Assembly (NCBI GenBank): GCA_951406725.2
Contig: OX597817.1
Span: forward strand, 99,448,001 to 99,512,000
Direction of reading: 5' to 3'
DNA: 64,000 bases
DNA from: Octopus vulgaris
Lineage: Eukaryota
The position numbers and the translations under genes were made by a program. Within the stretch, counting starts at the first letter, position 1, and the number at the start of each line of letters is the position of its first letter. The notes under the pieces are model-generated. The model was given only the letters and a program-made list of their open reading frames with translations, did not search any database and had not been told where the DNA came from. This document shows positions 1 through 13,404 of this stretch, one piece after another.

Positions 1-15
1 TCTGATTACCTCATT

Positions 16-110
<95 letters not shown>

Positions 111-119
111 ATATAATAT

Positions 120-1670
120 ATGACAATTATTCGGCAGCCATGATAAAACTCCGAGTTTCGGATGTCGGGGCGGAAACCCACGCCGCCATCTCTTCAGTTA
201 CCCAGCCATTGAAAAAAATGCTATGAAAATGACCGTTAAACAAAGAAAAATTACTGTGTGATTGACCGTTATTAAGACAAAAGAGCTATTAGGATGACTG
301 CTAAGTGAGGGGAGGGAGTAAATGTATGGGAGTAAAAATGTTCATAGTATTCGCGTAAACGCACATGTCCATACCTACACATGCGTGCCTGCACATCAAC
401 GTACATGCGCCTATAAGTATATACTCATCCACCCTCACTTGAAACACACACATGCTCACCCACACATTCGCCAAAAAAATATATACATACCCACATACAC
501 GCTCACGCACACACACACGTCCACAAAAAAGGTTCATGCCCACGTCTATATACGCACATGCACAAGAAAAACAGGGCTAAAGTCAAAATACAGAAAAATG
601 TGTAAAAAAAGTGTAAAAAGTAAGCAATAAGAGTAAAACTTGTCTATATACGCACAAACTCGTATGCACGCACACACATACGTCTATATACGCGCATACC
701 CGCACACGTCTATATACGCGCACACGCGCGCGCGCAAGAGAAAAAAAAGGTACACGTCTATATACGCAGATGCAGAAGAAAAAACAGGGCTAAAAGCAAA
801 ATATAGAAAAATGTGTAAAAGAATGTGTAAAAAATATGTGATATGAGTAAAGCACGTCTATATACGCGCATACTCACATGCATGCACACACACACACGTC
901 TATATATGCACATACACGCACACAAGCACACATCCACACGCGTACACAAAAGATTCCATATACACGTCTATATACACTCAGGGAAAATGCAGGGTGGAAG
1001 GTAGAATACAGAAAAAATATATGTAAAAAATATATGAGCAATAAACCTACAAAACAATATCTCTTATAAATATGTAAAAAATATATAAATATATATATAT
1101 AATATATAAGAAATATAAGTAAAAAGTATACATCAGGAAAAGTCCAAAACCATCATTTATGAAGCCACTGTGGACTCTATATCCACTAAGGACACGGTTT
1201 CGACGAAGAAATACGGGGGCCTTACAAAGGTTCAATAATCACACCTTGAGCTTCAGGCACTGGGATAAAAGGTAAACGACCAAATCATCCAGTCATATAT
1301 GGTCCTTGAAAGATAAAGGTGTCAATTACAACATCCATTGGGAAATCTTAGCCAACTTTAAGCCTTACACCAACGGCAGTGGAAAATGCGGTCTTTGTGA
1401 TGTGGAAAGATGGCTCATCTGGAAAAGCAGCTTAGACCCCCACCACATGTCTAAATTCAAAAACTAAACTTTTCGAAAGATGTCCATGTGTGGCTAAATA
1501 TTTGTTACATTTTTGGTCCCCCACAGAGATTACAGATAGGACTTGCTATCTAAATTGTGTCCACGTACAAGCTTTTTTATCTCTCTATACTTTTTACTTA
1601 TATATTTTATATCTATATTTTTATATATTTTTTACATATTTATAGAGATATTACGTTTATATATTTGTTT
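120..1670. mobile_element. Penelope-like element relic: inverted 3'UTR/pLTR copy (120-1130) joined to a plus-strand GIY-YIG C-terminal fragment (~1200-1520)
   Basis: Plus-strand translation QRFNNHTLSFRH...HIWSLKDKGVNYNIHWEIL...KCGLCDVE matches the GIY-YIG tails at 21482 and 50067. Segment 1050-1130 is the reverse complement of 1585-1665. Confidence 0.65.
142..202 (-). ncRNA. Minimal type I hammerhead ribozyme-like motif (PLE pseudo-LTR)
   Basis: Minus strand reads GGUAA-CUGAAGA-GAUG...CAUC(C)-GAAA-CUCGGAG-UU-UUAUC. Core is canonical, stem I is 5 bp, stem III is ACUC/GAGU; next to (TA)n. Confidence 0.7.
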
Positions 1671-1674
1671 TGCA

Positions 1675-2111
1675 AGATTTTTGATGTGAAATCGTGTGTT
1701 GAAACAGATATTGTTGTATTTAGGAATGGTCATTTTGCCAGTTTAGCCAATAAAAACACATGCACTATACATTTGGTGTTACTTTGCTTCAGAGTTATTC
1801 ATTTTTTACATTAATCTTAATCTTATTTCGGCCAGAGTTCTGTCGTCACACTCCTGTGACCTCATCAGTGGTCCTTTGCTTTCTTCTTTCTTATTTGTGT
1901 CTCTCCTTACTAACGGTCAGCCATCTTGTATTTTGTATTCTTATTGTATGTGTCTTCATTTGCGCATGCATATACCTCTATGTGTGTCTATGTTTAGTTA
2001 GTATGTGTGTGGGGGGAGGGGAAGTGTCTGTAATATTTGTATCTCCTGTTTATATAAGTTCGTGTAATTTGTTTTTGTCTATTTTTATTTTGTTCACGTG
2101 TTTACATTTAC

Positions 2112-2181
<70 letters not shown>

Positions 2182-3400
2182 ATATAGTTATTTACTTCCA
2201 TTTGTTTATTTATCTGTGTATTTTATTATGTTTTTAGTTTTGTTTATATTGTTACCAGTTTATAGGGATCTTCTTCTATCATATGCTGTGGTGTGTGCTA
2301 GTGTTCCATTCCAGTTAACTATTCAGGCTAGGTTTATATTCTATTATGTGTGTAGCTCCGTAATTTATCTATTGTTGCATCTGTTCTATGTATGGACAAG
2401 ATTTTAACTTTTATGTTGTTGAGTGAGCCCCCATGTTCTTGCTCGGTGTGTTGGTACAGAACCGATGAGCTCTTTTCTTCCTTAAGTTCTCTCCAATGTT
2501 CATTTACCCGCTCTCCTATGCTCCGTGCCGTTTCCCCTACGTATGTCGTTGTCTTGTTACTGCATCGTCCCTCTATACATCTTATACTATAGACTACATT
2601 TCTGGATTTACAGTTTGTTTGTGGGCTAAATCTACACACAGTACAGTTCCTATCCGTACAGGGGGTTCTACTAAAAGGGTAGGTCCTGCCGATTAGGGAT
2701 TTGATAGGGTTGCCTGGCCTTTCAACAACCTTAATCCTTAGCTTAAGTTTGTCATGGGCCCTTCTAAAGCGGTACGCCAGTTCGCCTCTAGGGGTGGTGT
2801 CGACGAACATGACACTCTGGTATTTGTGGCTATCATATCAAGAGTTATCCTTCCCTATTTTCGTCTTAGTCCTTTCAATAGTATTCCATGATTTGCTCCT
2901 ATAGAGTGGGAAAATCTCATTCCTATCATTACATAAGACAGTATCAAATTTCTTCATGGCTCCTTTGTATACTCTGATCCTTTTTTATGGCTGTAACCTG
3001 AGAACTGCATGCGGTGACCGAAATGTTGTATGTGTCTCTTTAACTCTGTAGGCTCGCACATGCGGGACACGTTTCGCATTATTCTGACGAGGTTAGCCAT
3101 CAAAATATTGAATTTGGCATTGTCCGCGATAGCTGAGTTCCGGTGGATCAAGTATTAGGAAGCCATAGGTTTGGCATAGTACGAATGAAGGATTCGGGTT
3201 TTATTATTCTCAGTTTCCAGCCAGAGTTATGTGTCTAGTACTGGTAGTCTATGGTTAGGGTGTTTAGTGGGGGTAGTCTATCGTGACCTTAATACTCTGG
3301 TGGATTGAGTTCGCGAAATAAGATTAAGATTAATGTAAAAAATGAAAAACGCTGAAGCAAAGTAGCACCAAATATATAGTGCGTGTGTTTTTATTGGCTA
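1675..3400 (-). mobile_element. 5'-truncated Penelope-like element (same family as 23065-26760) with pLTR and a short inverted pLTR piece
   Basis: ORFs 2334-2810 (VVYSIRC...YVGETARSIGERVNEH) and 2954-3151 are highly similar to ORF 23759-26161. pLTR at 1675-2080; its inverted copy at 3318-3402. Confidence 0.9.
1832..1871 (-). ncRNA. Hammerhead-like motif, GAAA mutated to GACA
   Basis: CCA-CUGAUGA-G-GUCAC..GUGAC-GACA-GAAC-UC-UGG. Confidence 0.6.
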
Positions 3401-3454
3401 AAGGGAATGGGTGAAGAAAAAGTTCTTTCAAAGACAGGAGAGTGCAAGAGAAGG

Positions 3455-3498
3455 AGGTATGTGTGTATGTGTGGGTATGTGCATACGCACAGGTCTGT

Positions 3499-3530
<32 letters not shown>

Positions 3531-4660
3531 CTGTGTAATGATAGCACATGTGTCTGTGTGTGTGTGTGGTTGTGGCTGTTTATCTATAGTATCATTTAAG
3601 GTCATAGGAAGAATTTATGGTAAAAATTTTGGTAGAAGTTGTGTTTACCTACACATGTGCGTAGGGGAATGGTCAGTAGAAGGTACTAGTAGTTTGAAGT
3701 ATGTATGTGAGTGTGTATGTATATGTAGTGTGTGTGTTTTATTTTCAGTGTGTGTGTGTATGCGTAGGGGTTGTGTGTGTGTGGAGTAATTGTACTTTAC
3801 TTTATGTATGTGTGGAGTAACTGTACTTTACTTTGTGTATGTGTGTGTGTGCTTGTATGTGCGTATGTTTGTGTACATGTATGTATAATTGTGTGAGTGT
3901 ATGTATGAATGTGTGATGTGTGTGTATGGGAGGTATGTGTGGGTTCATTTGCGTGTGCGCGTGTGTATATACACGTGTGTGCGTGTGAGTGTATGTGCGT
4001 GTGTACATGTCTGAGTATGTGCATGTGTATTTTGTGTGTGTGAACGAGGGGTTGTATAGGGGATATAGGTGCGTTTTTTGTGCGTGTAGTTGTGTATGCG
4101 TATGTGGGTGTATATACGTGTATGCGTGGGGTTGTGAGTGTTAGGTATGTGTGCGCATATGTGTGTATGCGTGTGTGTATGTGTCTATATATGTATGCAT
4201 ATGTGTGTGTGCGTGTATGCATATATTGTGTGTGTATGTATATGTATGTGTATGCGTGGGTTGTGTGGGGAGTTGTATGTGGGCTTTGTGTAGGCATATG
4301 TGTGCGTATCTGTGTGTATGTGTGTGCTTGTGTGCGTGTGCTTACGTGCGTGTATGTGCGTGTGTGTTTGTGCTCATGTTCGTATAATTGTGTGCATCTG
4401 TATAAGTATTGTGCGTTGGAGGTATATGTGCGAACCTGTGCTTATGTGTGCATGTACGTGTGTATATGTGTGTGCGTGTATTATGTGCATATGTATGTGC
4501 GTGTGTGCATGTGTGTATGTGCGTGCATGTGTATATGTGTGTGTGAATGTGGAGATGTGTGTCGGATTATGTGTGCATTTTGTTGCTGTATGCGCGTGTG
4601 CTTGAGTATGTGTCTGTAGGTGGTTGTGTGTACGTTTATGTGTGTGTATAATGGTTTGTA
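3455..4660. repeat. Degenerate (GT)n/(GTAT)n low-complexity tract
   Basis: Directly visible; source of the spurious C/V/H/T-rich ORFs. Confidence 0.95.
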
Positions 4661-5410
4661 TGTTTGTGGGGCTGGTGGGGAAGAGAAGGTGCTACAGACC
4701 AGAAGATCGCGTAGGTTCCGGGCGCGTTTAAAGGAGGACAAGGGTGGGTTGGGGAAAATGGGGCAGGTGGTGGGATCGAGCTGGAGATGACGGAAGGCCC
4801 GTAGTATCCTCCGACGAAGGGGTAGAGTAGAGGGGTGGAAAAGGAGGAAAGAGGGTTGGTGAGGGGAAGGAGAAAGGGCGGTGGTGCGATCCATTCGACG
4901 AGTGCGGGCAAGGGCGTTTTGGACAAGGGTTGAGGGGTATCCTCGATGCCTAAACAGGCGGGCCAGGTACTGGGACTGGGTCTCAAAATCCTGGTCCCGA
5001 CTGCACAAGCGTTGGAGGCGGAGGAACTGGGAGTAGGAGGTGGCCCGTTTGGTGTGGGAGGGATGGGAGGAGGAGAATTTAAGATGGAGGTGGGAATCTG
5101 TGGGTTTGCAGAAGGTGGAGGTGGTGAGAGAGTGGGAGGGGTGGTCAATGGTAAGAGAGATATGAAGGAAGTTAACAAAGGTGTCAGAGATAGTAGAAGT
5201 GAATTGGAGAGAAGGGTGGAAGTTAGAGAGGAAAGAGATGAAGTGACAGAATTGTTCACAGGAGAGGGAGATGGCACCTATACAGTCGTCTATGTAGTGA
5301 CCGTATAGCTCTGAGGTCGGCCCGGAGAATTGGGAGAATGCTTGGGCCTCAATGTGGTCAACAAAGAGGTTGGCGAAATTGGGGCCCATTCTTGTTCCCA
5401 TCGTGACCCA
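4660..5410 (-). pseudogene. Penelope-like (Neptune-type) RT fragment
   Basis: MGTRMGPNFANLF...HYIDD...YSQFLRLQRLCS; paralogous to ORF 60375-61898. Confidence 0.9.
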
Positions 5411-5433
5411 AACACTAGTTGAATATTATATTA

Positions 5434-5478
<45 letters not shown>

Positions 5479-5482
<4 letters not shown>

Positions 5483-5871
5483 CGCAGGAGTGGCATAGGC
5501 GCAGGAGTGGCTGTGTGGTAAGTAGCTTGCTAACTAACCACACGGTTGCGGGTTCAGTCCCACTGCGTGACATCTTGGGCAAGTGTCTTCTACTATAGCC
5601 CCGGGCCGACCAATGCCTTGTGAGTGGATTTGGTAGACGGAAACTGAAAGAAGCCTGTCGTATATATGTATATATATGTATATGTGTGTGTGTTTGTGTG
5701 TCTGTGTTTGTCCCCCTAGCATTGCTTGACAACCGATGCTGGTGTGTTTAGGTCCCCGTCACTTAGCGGTTCGGCAAAAAGAGACCGATAGAATAAGTAC
5801 TAAAAGGTGGTGCTCCAGCATGGCCGCAGTCAAATGACTGAAACAAGTAAAAGAGTAAAAGAGTAAAGAGT
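5479..5871 (+). mobile_element. tRNA-derived SINE (cephalopod-type)
   Basis: A-box-like TGGCTGTGTGG, B-box-like GGTTCAGTCC, tail of AAGAGTAA repeats, inserted in (TA)n, 16-bp head duplication. Confidence 0.8.
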
Positions 5872-6509
5872 ATATATATATATATATAGTGATATGGAGG
5901 TCAGTTGAAAAAAAGTGCTATGACCCATTTTGTTGGCTTGTAGTCGGAGAGTCTGGAAAAAAATTATTGCGCTTTGTTCTGTTATTTTCTGGAGAGATTA
6001 ATGGTTTTGGAAGAGACCTCTGACCCTTTTCCGGTCAGGGAAAGTTTAAGAAACCCCCCTTTAAAATGCGACGCGCTGGGTTAGTTTGGCAGTTCTGCCT
6101 GAGACAGTGAGATGGCAACAGGGCAGTTTGGCTGTTCTGCCTGAGACAGCAAAAGGGCCGGAAGAGACAGTCAGCTGGCAAGGTGGTGATGGGAGAGGCT
6201 GGCAAGGTAGTGATGGGAGAGGCAGCAACAACGTTGAGAAAGACAGACAGTGAATGTGAGAGATGACAAGCGAGAGGTAAAGAAAGACATACACAGAGGA
6301 TTGAGGAGGTGAGGGAGATTACGGCGTGATAGCATTGGCCATTGTAGTTGGAGCTCGTAACGGTATGTTTGTTTATGTAAATTGTGAACTATGTTGCAAA
6401 AAAAAAGAACATTGTGAAAAGAGTTGTTGAAGAGGAAGAAAAGAATTGTTAAAAAACAAAGAACTGTGTTAAAGAGAAAAAGAAAAGAAAGAGATTATAA
6501 AGAACATTG

Positions 6510-7792
6510 GGATCTTTTCCTTTTGATGGACGGAATTTTCTAGTTAACTAAAAAATTTGAAACTTCGTATACTAGTAGAATGTGTCAAAAGAAAGCATTA
6601 TTGTAAACAAAATTGAATGCAAAATTGTAATTTCTAAGTTTAACGTAGTTTAATGATTCGAATTTTAACCAATGAAATCCTACCATTTGAGCTCAAACCA
6701 TTTTCTGCATCTAAAAACTCACACACACACACGTCTTATTCATCCTTCTCTCTCTTCTGTCTTCTGTCTTCTGCATGTGCTCTGCATGTGCTAGAAATAA
6801 CAGCTATATCTCTTAAATCGATGAATTTCGTCGCTCAATAAAAATATTAACGATATTTTTTTAATATTTTCTTTATTTTTTTTTACCGAAAAGGCTTCTC
6901 CCATGGTTTTGAAGGGCCAGAAACAACAAAAACAAAACAATAATATGCCTAAAGCGGTCTAGAGTTTGCGCGTGGAGTGTGAGTCGTATTGTAAAAATTT
7001 GCGAAATATTTTTTCAGAAAAGGATGCCCCAGTTTGTCGGAAACTGTGATATAAATTGGGAAAAAAATCCTCGACACCAGTGCATAATTGGTACTTAATT
7101 TATCGACCCCGAAACGATGAAACATTGAACCCCGCTTCTGGTTTATTTACCTTTTGTGTAAATTTGTTGTGGCAAGGGGCAAAACACAGAGGGGGCAAAG
7201 CATGAGATACAAAAGTATTAAGTCGATTCTATCGACCCCGAAACGATGAAACATTGACCCCCCCCCTCCTTCTGGTTTATTTACCTTTTGTGTAAATTTG
7301 TTGCGGCAAGGGGCAACTCACGAACGTGTATGTATGCTTGTGTGCGTATGTGTGTGTATGTATATGTCCGTTTGTATGTGTGTGTACGCTTATATATTAA
7401 TTACTATGTGCTTGTGCAAATGTATATGCATGTGTTTGAGAGAGAGAGAGAGAGAGAGTGACAGAGAGAGAGAGGGTGTGTGTGTGTGTGTGTGCAAGTG
7501 TACGTGTGTATGTATCTGAATATGTGTGTGTGTATGTGTGTGTGTGTATGCGGCATGAGTCTGCTATGTTTGTTTATCAATATCGATAACGCAGCAAATG
7601 ACTTGAGCTCAAATGCTCGGATTTCATTGGTTAAAATTCGAAGATGCTGGAATTTCATTGGTTAAAATTCGAATCATTAGAAATTACAATTTTGTTTACA
7701 ATAATGTTTTCTTTTGACACATTCTACCAGTATACGAAGTTTCAAATTGTTTAGTTAACTAGAAAATTCCGTCCATCAAAAGGAAAAGATCC
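6510..7792. mobile_element. Non-autonomous DNA transposon (MITE, probably Merlin) with ~200-bp TIRs and 8-bp TSD
   Basis: TIR GGATCTTTTCCTTTTGATGGACGG.../...CCGTCCATCAAAAGGAAAAGATCC; TSD GAACATTG at 6502-6509 and 7793-7800. Confidence 0.9.
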
Positions 7793-8249
7793 GAACATTG
7801 TGTTAAGGAAAGAGAAAGACTGATTTGAACTGTTTTGCCCTGAACATTTGTTTTGATTGCTTCGGACGTTCTGTATCGTGCATGCCTTTGATTATTTTCG
7901 AACGACGTGTTATGTTTAAATGATTTTGTTGTTTTCTTTTTAATTCTGTTGCATGTTATTTTCTTCAATGTATCTGCTATGTTTCACATTGTATTTGATG
8001 TCGTAATAGTCGTATAAACTGTTCTTAAATGCAAGTTATCGCCTTCCGCCGTGTCTCTCTTCCTCCTGTTGTTGTTGTTATCTCCGGTCGCCGGTTCGAG
8101 TTCGCTGCCATCACCCCCACTACCGTTTTCTCTCTGTGTTGCGGATTCCCGTTCGACTGAGCTGGTCAATCGTCGTCGCTCGACTTAGTAGGGTCCCGGG
8201 TTCGAGTTTGAGCGACGGCAGGTTTCGTAACAATATATTTATATTAATG

Positions 8250-8915
8250 TGACCCAGACACATAAAGCAGTTGAAGGTGAGGATGAGCTCTGCCAGGTGG
8301 AGAAGGCGGGGGTGTTGGGTGTGGGGTCAGGGTGACAGTCGAGGAAGTATTGGAGGGCTAAGAGACCGTCGTTGTGAGGAATACCTGTGTATAGGAATTT
8401 AATGTCCAAGGTGAGGAGGTGTGAGGGGCCGGGAGGGAAGGAAAAGGAATTGAAGAGGCGAACGGCGTGATTAGTGTCGTGTATGTGGGATGGGGGGCAG
8501 CAACTAGAGTGAACAGGATGCGGTCAAGTTATTTGGAAATGAGTTCGGTGGGACAATTACAGGCAGAAACGATCGGGCAGCCAGGGTTGTTGGGTTTATG
8601 TATTTTGGGAAGGAAGTAGATGGTGGAAGTACAGCGTGTTTGGACGATGAGGTTGGTGGTGGGGGGGATATCAGAAGAGGAGATGAGGTCATGGATGGTG
8701 GAGGGCACTCGCTTTTGATAGGAGGTGGGGTCGGAGGGTAGGAGGTGATAGAAGAGGGATTTTGAAGTTGGCTGAGCACTTCCTCTCTGTATAGGTCTGT
8801 GCGCCACACCAACACTGCTCTACCTTTGCCTACCAGTTTGATGATAATGTTGTTGCAGCGACGGAGGTCGCCAAGGGCAATCAATTGAGCATGGGTGAGG
8901 TTGGCTTGGAGAGAT
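8250..8915 (-). pseudogene. Penelope-like (Neptune-type) RT N-terminal fragment, frameshifted
   Basis: NIIIKLVGKGRAVLVW; YFLPKIHKPNNPGCPIVSACNCPTELISK. Confidence 0.85.
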
Positions 8916-9087
8916 TTTTTTAAAAAATTGAATCAGTTGATCAATGCATTGCAGTCGTGCACGAACAAGTCTAGGCTACTGAACTGGCCTGGAGGCAGTG
9001 TCCAGTTGGATGGGCGGCACCCCAGCTCCAAAAAACAATCCCAATTGTGTAGATGTGTGGAAATGTATATATATATATATATGTATG

Positions 9088-9180
<93 letters not shown>

Positions 9181-9871
9181 TGTTTATATATATACTGTAT
9201 ATATATATATATATATACTTTATCGCCACGTGTTCCTTGACCTCTCTCTCTAACTAACCCTATCTCTCTCCCTGTTTCTCTATGTCCCCCTCTTCCCATA
9301 ACCATCATCGCCATATCTCTCTCCCTAGGTTTCTCTATGCCCCCCCCTTCCATAACCATCATCGCCATATATAAAAGAGCGATCGCATTATCGTTAACCC
9401 CACTCGCTTCAAAATATCTAAAGACGAAATACGCACAGATCATGAATGGCTAAAGCTAAGTGAATTGTTCAACCTCGCTACGACTACCTTCTATCTTGCA
9501 CTTATCTTTATTCTTTCACTATTCTTCAATTTCCATCTCATTGTATTGTTCCTCATTCTTTCAGTATTCCCTCATTACCCTGTCTAGCTCAAACATTTTT
9601 TTTTTTTTCGTTTAGTCTTGTCTCCCGGTTCACAGCCACTCTGATTTTTCAAACCCATTTGCTAGCTCCGATTTAACAGAACCTTACTAACCTACGGTGC
9701 ACCCGCCCTCCCACCCCCACCGCACATACCGGAAGTTCCTATTCTTTGCCATTCCGGGGTTGCTTCCCATGAAGACTGCAAATGCTCTCACCATCCCTAC
9801 CCCTCCCTACCCCTAGTCTCGACCTATGTAAGGTAATGTTCATACAGTGCAAAATATGAAAGGCTAGTGTT

Positions 9872-12800
9872 ATGCAGGTTGTACTGAAGGCTACTTTACT
9901 ACTTCATTTCTTGCACATGAATTCTGCCAAATGCGAGCTTTCTTTTCAGGTACACGAAGCTACTGTCCACCGTCCCAGGGTCTCTAGAGCCCATGCCTCC
10001 CACACCCTCAGGGTTGGCACCCTCAACGTTGGCACTCTGAAAGGTAGGTCTGGTGAGATAGTCGAGATGCTTGAACGGAGATGTGTGGATATATGTTGCA
10101 TGCAAGAAATAAGGTGGAGAGGAGGATCAGCTAGGTTCCTCACAGGCAAGGAACGCAGGTACAAGATTTTCTGGGCAGGGAACACTGACGGGGTTGGTGG
10201 CGTGGGTATACTTATCGCTGAGAAATGGGTAGATAAAGTAATTGAGGTAATCAGAGTATGTGACAGAATACTTAAGATTAGATTAGTGCTTCATCATAGT
10301 TTAGCAACCATTATATCAGCCTATGCTCCTCAGTCGGGGCTACCCGATGGACAGAAAGACCGATTCTATGACACTCTACTGCAGACTACCTCGTTGACGA
10401 ACGACAGAGACCTTATCTTTGTGGCTGGTGACTTCAATGGTCACGTTGGACGACATGCTGGGGGCTTCCATGGCGTACATGGAGGCTATGGCTATGGCTC
10501 CCGAAACGAGGAGGGAACCAGGCTGCTGGAGTTCTGCGATGCAAATAATCTTATGATTTGCAACACTAACTTCAGGAAACCTACCAGCCACCTAGTCACT
10601 TACCGATCGGGCCAACATACCAGCCAAATTGACTACATCCTTGCAAGGCAAAGGGAGAGATGGCTGCTTATAAATGCCAAAACCTTCCCAGGTGAAGAAT
10701 GTACCCACAACATAGACTGGTAGTTAGTGACTTTAGGATCAGGACTAGGAGGACAACCAGAAGACGACCAATATGGAGAAGAAGGATCTGGAAGCTTAAA
10801 GATCCTGCAAATGGACAGAGATTTAGAGACATATTACTTGAAGCCTCTGACGAAGTAGAAGGGGATAGAGCATCACAGGGGGTAGAAGACAGCTGGACGT
10901 TTCTAAGGGACAACCTGCTGAGAGCCACTGACCAGATCTGTGGCTGGTGCAAAGTCCCCTCTCGACCTAGAATAACGTGGTGGTGGAACAATATTGTAGA
11001 CAGGGCTATTAGAGAAAAGAGACAGGCTTGGAAGGTCTGGAAAAATGGGGGTAGCAGGGAATTGTATCAGACTGCCAAAAGAGAAGCTAAGAGACAGGTT
11101 TATTTAGCCAGAGGGGAAAGCAGATAAGAAAAAATTTGCCAATGTTCTGCGCCGTGAGGACCAAAGACTGGAGGTGTTTCGCGTTGCAAGACAGTGTGTG
11201 AGAGAGAATCGTGATGTGGTAGGAGAGAAGTGTGTTCGCATGGAAGATGGTTCACTTGCGCTAAATGAGGATGCAAAGAGAGAGGTTTGGAGATGCCACT
11301 ATGAAAGTTTGCTGAATAAAGAAAATGAATGGGATAAAGAGAGTCTGCCGAATGTTGACCCAACAGAGGGACCAGCTATCCGAGTTGATAGTTCCGTGGT
11401 AGCTAAGGCAATTAGAAGCATGAAGACAGGAAAAGACCCAGGCCCATCAGGAATCACTGCAGAGATGCTCAAAATGTCTGGTAGTGTCGGCTATAGCCTA
11501 GTCACCTATATAGTTAATCAGGTGATACACAAAGGAGCCATACCCAATGACTGGTGTAGCAGCATAATAGTCAACTGCTACAAAGGTAAAGGTGACGCCC
11601 TAGATACAAATAACTACAGAGGTATCAAGCTGTTGGATCAGGTGATGAAGGTTACGGAGAGGGTCATAGCCCAACTAATTAGAGAGAGAGTTAGTTTAGA
11701 TGAGATGCAGTTTGGGTTTGTGCCAGGGAAAAGTACTACTGATGCTATATTCCTGGTAAGGCAGCTGCAGGAGAAATACCTAGCCAAAGATAAGTCCCTG
11801 TACCTGGCTTTTGTTGACATGGAGAAAGCCTTCGACAGGGTCCCCCGATCCCTTATCTGGTGGGCAATGAGGAAACTAGGGATAGATGAATGGTTAGTGA
11901 GAGCTGTGCGGGCCATGTATAGGGACGCTGCTAGTAGGGTGAGGGTTGGAAACGAGTACAGTGAAGAATTCCGGGTAGAGGTAGGGGTCCACCAAGGCTC
12001 AGTACTCAGCCCCCTCCTATTTATCATAGTCCTCCAGGCAATAACGGAGGAATTCAAGACAGGATGCCCTTGGGAGCTCCTCTATGCTGATGACCTTGCT
12101 CTAATTGCTGAGTCGCTATCAGAACTGGAGGAGAAGTTTCAGGTGTGGAAACAAGGATTAGAATCGAAGGGCCTCAGAGTCAATCTAGCTAAAACCAAAG
12201 TCGTAATCAGTAGGAAGGTAGACAAATCACAAACGCCTTCAGGTAGATGGCCCTGCTCGATCTGTAGAAAAGGTGTAGGTAGAAACTCTATAAGATGCAC
12301 CAAGTGTAAGCTATGGACACATGAGAGGTGCAGCAATGTCAAAGGAAGGCTAACTAGGAAGATGGTTTTTGTCTGTGGCAGATGCTCAGGAACAATAAAC
12401 ACTGAAAATGCTCTGAGACCAACCTCTGTCACTTTCCAGGGAGAAAAACTAGAAATAGTTGATAGTTTCCGTTACCTAGGTGACCAAGTCAGCAGCGGTG
12501 GCGGGTGTGCTGAAAGTGTAACTGCTAGAGTAAGAATAGCTTGGGCAAAGTTCAGAGAGCTCTTACCTCTGCTGGTGACAAAAGGCCTCTCGCACAGAGT
12601 GAAAAGCAGACTGTATGATGCGTGTGTACGAACAGCCATGCTACATGGCAGTGAAGCATGGGCCGTGACTGCTGAGGATATGCGTAAGCTCGCAAGAAAT
12701 GAAGCCAGTATGCTCCGATGGATGTGTAATGTCAGTGTTCATAATCGACAGAGTGTAAGTACCTTGAGAGAAAAGCTGGACCTAAGAAGCATCAGTTGTG

Positions 12801-13039
12801 GTGTGCAAGAGAGACGATTGCGCTGGTATGGTCATGTGGCGAGAATGGATGAAGATAGTTGTGTGAAAAAGTGCCACACCCTAGAGGTTGAGGGAACCTG
12901 TGGAAGAGGCAGACCCAGGAAAACCTGGGACGAGGTGGTGAAGCACGACCTTCGAACTTTAGGTCTCACTGAGGAAATGACTAGAGACCGAGTCCTCTGG
13001 AAGTGTGCTGTGCGCGAGAAGACCCGGCAGGACAAGTGA
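9872..13039 (+). CDS. RTE ORF (APE endonuclease + reverse transcriptase), split by two frameshifts (~10705, ~11118)
   Basis: APE motifs GTLNVGTL, CMQE, SAYAPQ, AGDFNGH, SQIDYIL. RT motifs YRGIKLL, QFGF, FVDMEKAFD, GVHQGSVLSPLLF, YADD, FRYLG; C-terminal RGRPRKTW. Confidence 0.93.
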
Positions 13040-13112
13040 GTCCATAACCCGTGGCCTTCTACTTGGGATGGAGCCAGCCTACGTATGCATACCTTCCCTT
13101 CTTGGGACACAA

Positions 13113-13404
13113 AACTCTACTTGTGAAGACCTGTTGAGGCAAGTGAGGATCAGAATCGAAATCGATCAATGGAAATTGCAGATGTGTTACCAGTGCCGGT
13201 GGCATGTCGATACTCTACTTGTGAAGACCCGTTGAGGCAAGTGAGGATCAGAATGGAAATCGATCAATGGAAATTGCAGATGTGTTACCAGTGCCGGTGG
13301 CATGTCGAAACTCTACTTGTGAAGACCCGTTGAGGCAAGTGAGGATCAGAATGGAAATCGATCAATGGAAATTGCAGATGTGTTACCAGTGCCGGTGGCA
13401 TGTA
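13113..13404 (+). repeat. Three tandem ~98-bp units in the RTE 3'UTR
   Basis: ACTCTACTTGTGAAGACC...CCAGTGCCGGTGGCATGT occurs three times. Confidence 0.9.

Noticed and set aside
301-4660. Many ORFs rich in H/T/Y/I/C/V (also 8895-9443, 23499-24074, 46939-47749)
   Set aside because: They are translations of (CA)n, (TA)n, (GT)n and (ATT)n microsatellites or antisense frames of TE ORFs.
5497-5575. tRNA gene
   Set aside because: It is the tRNA-like head of a SINE, continuing into a SINE body and tail, with no clean cloverleaf.
5890-8231. Possible solo LTR (TG...CA) interrupted by the MITE
   Set aside because: No TSD, primer-binding site or second LTR could be established.
13113-13404. Regular repeats resembling a CRISPR array
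   Set aside because: The units are contiguous with no unique spacers, there are no cas genes, and they lie in a LINE 3'UTR.
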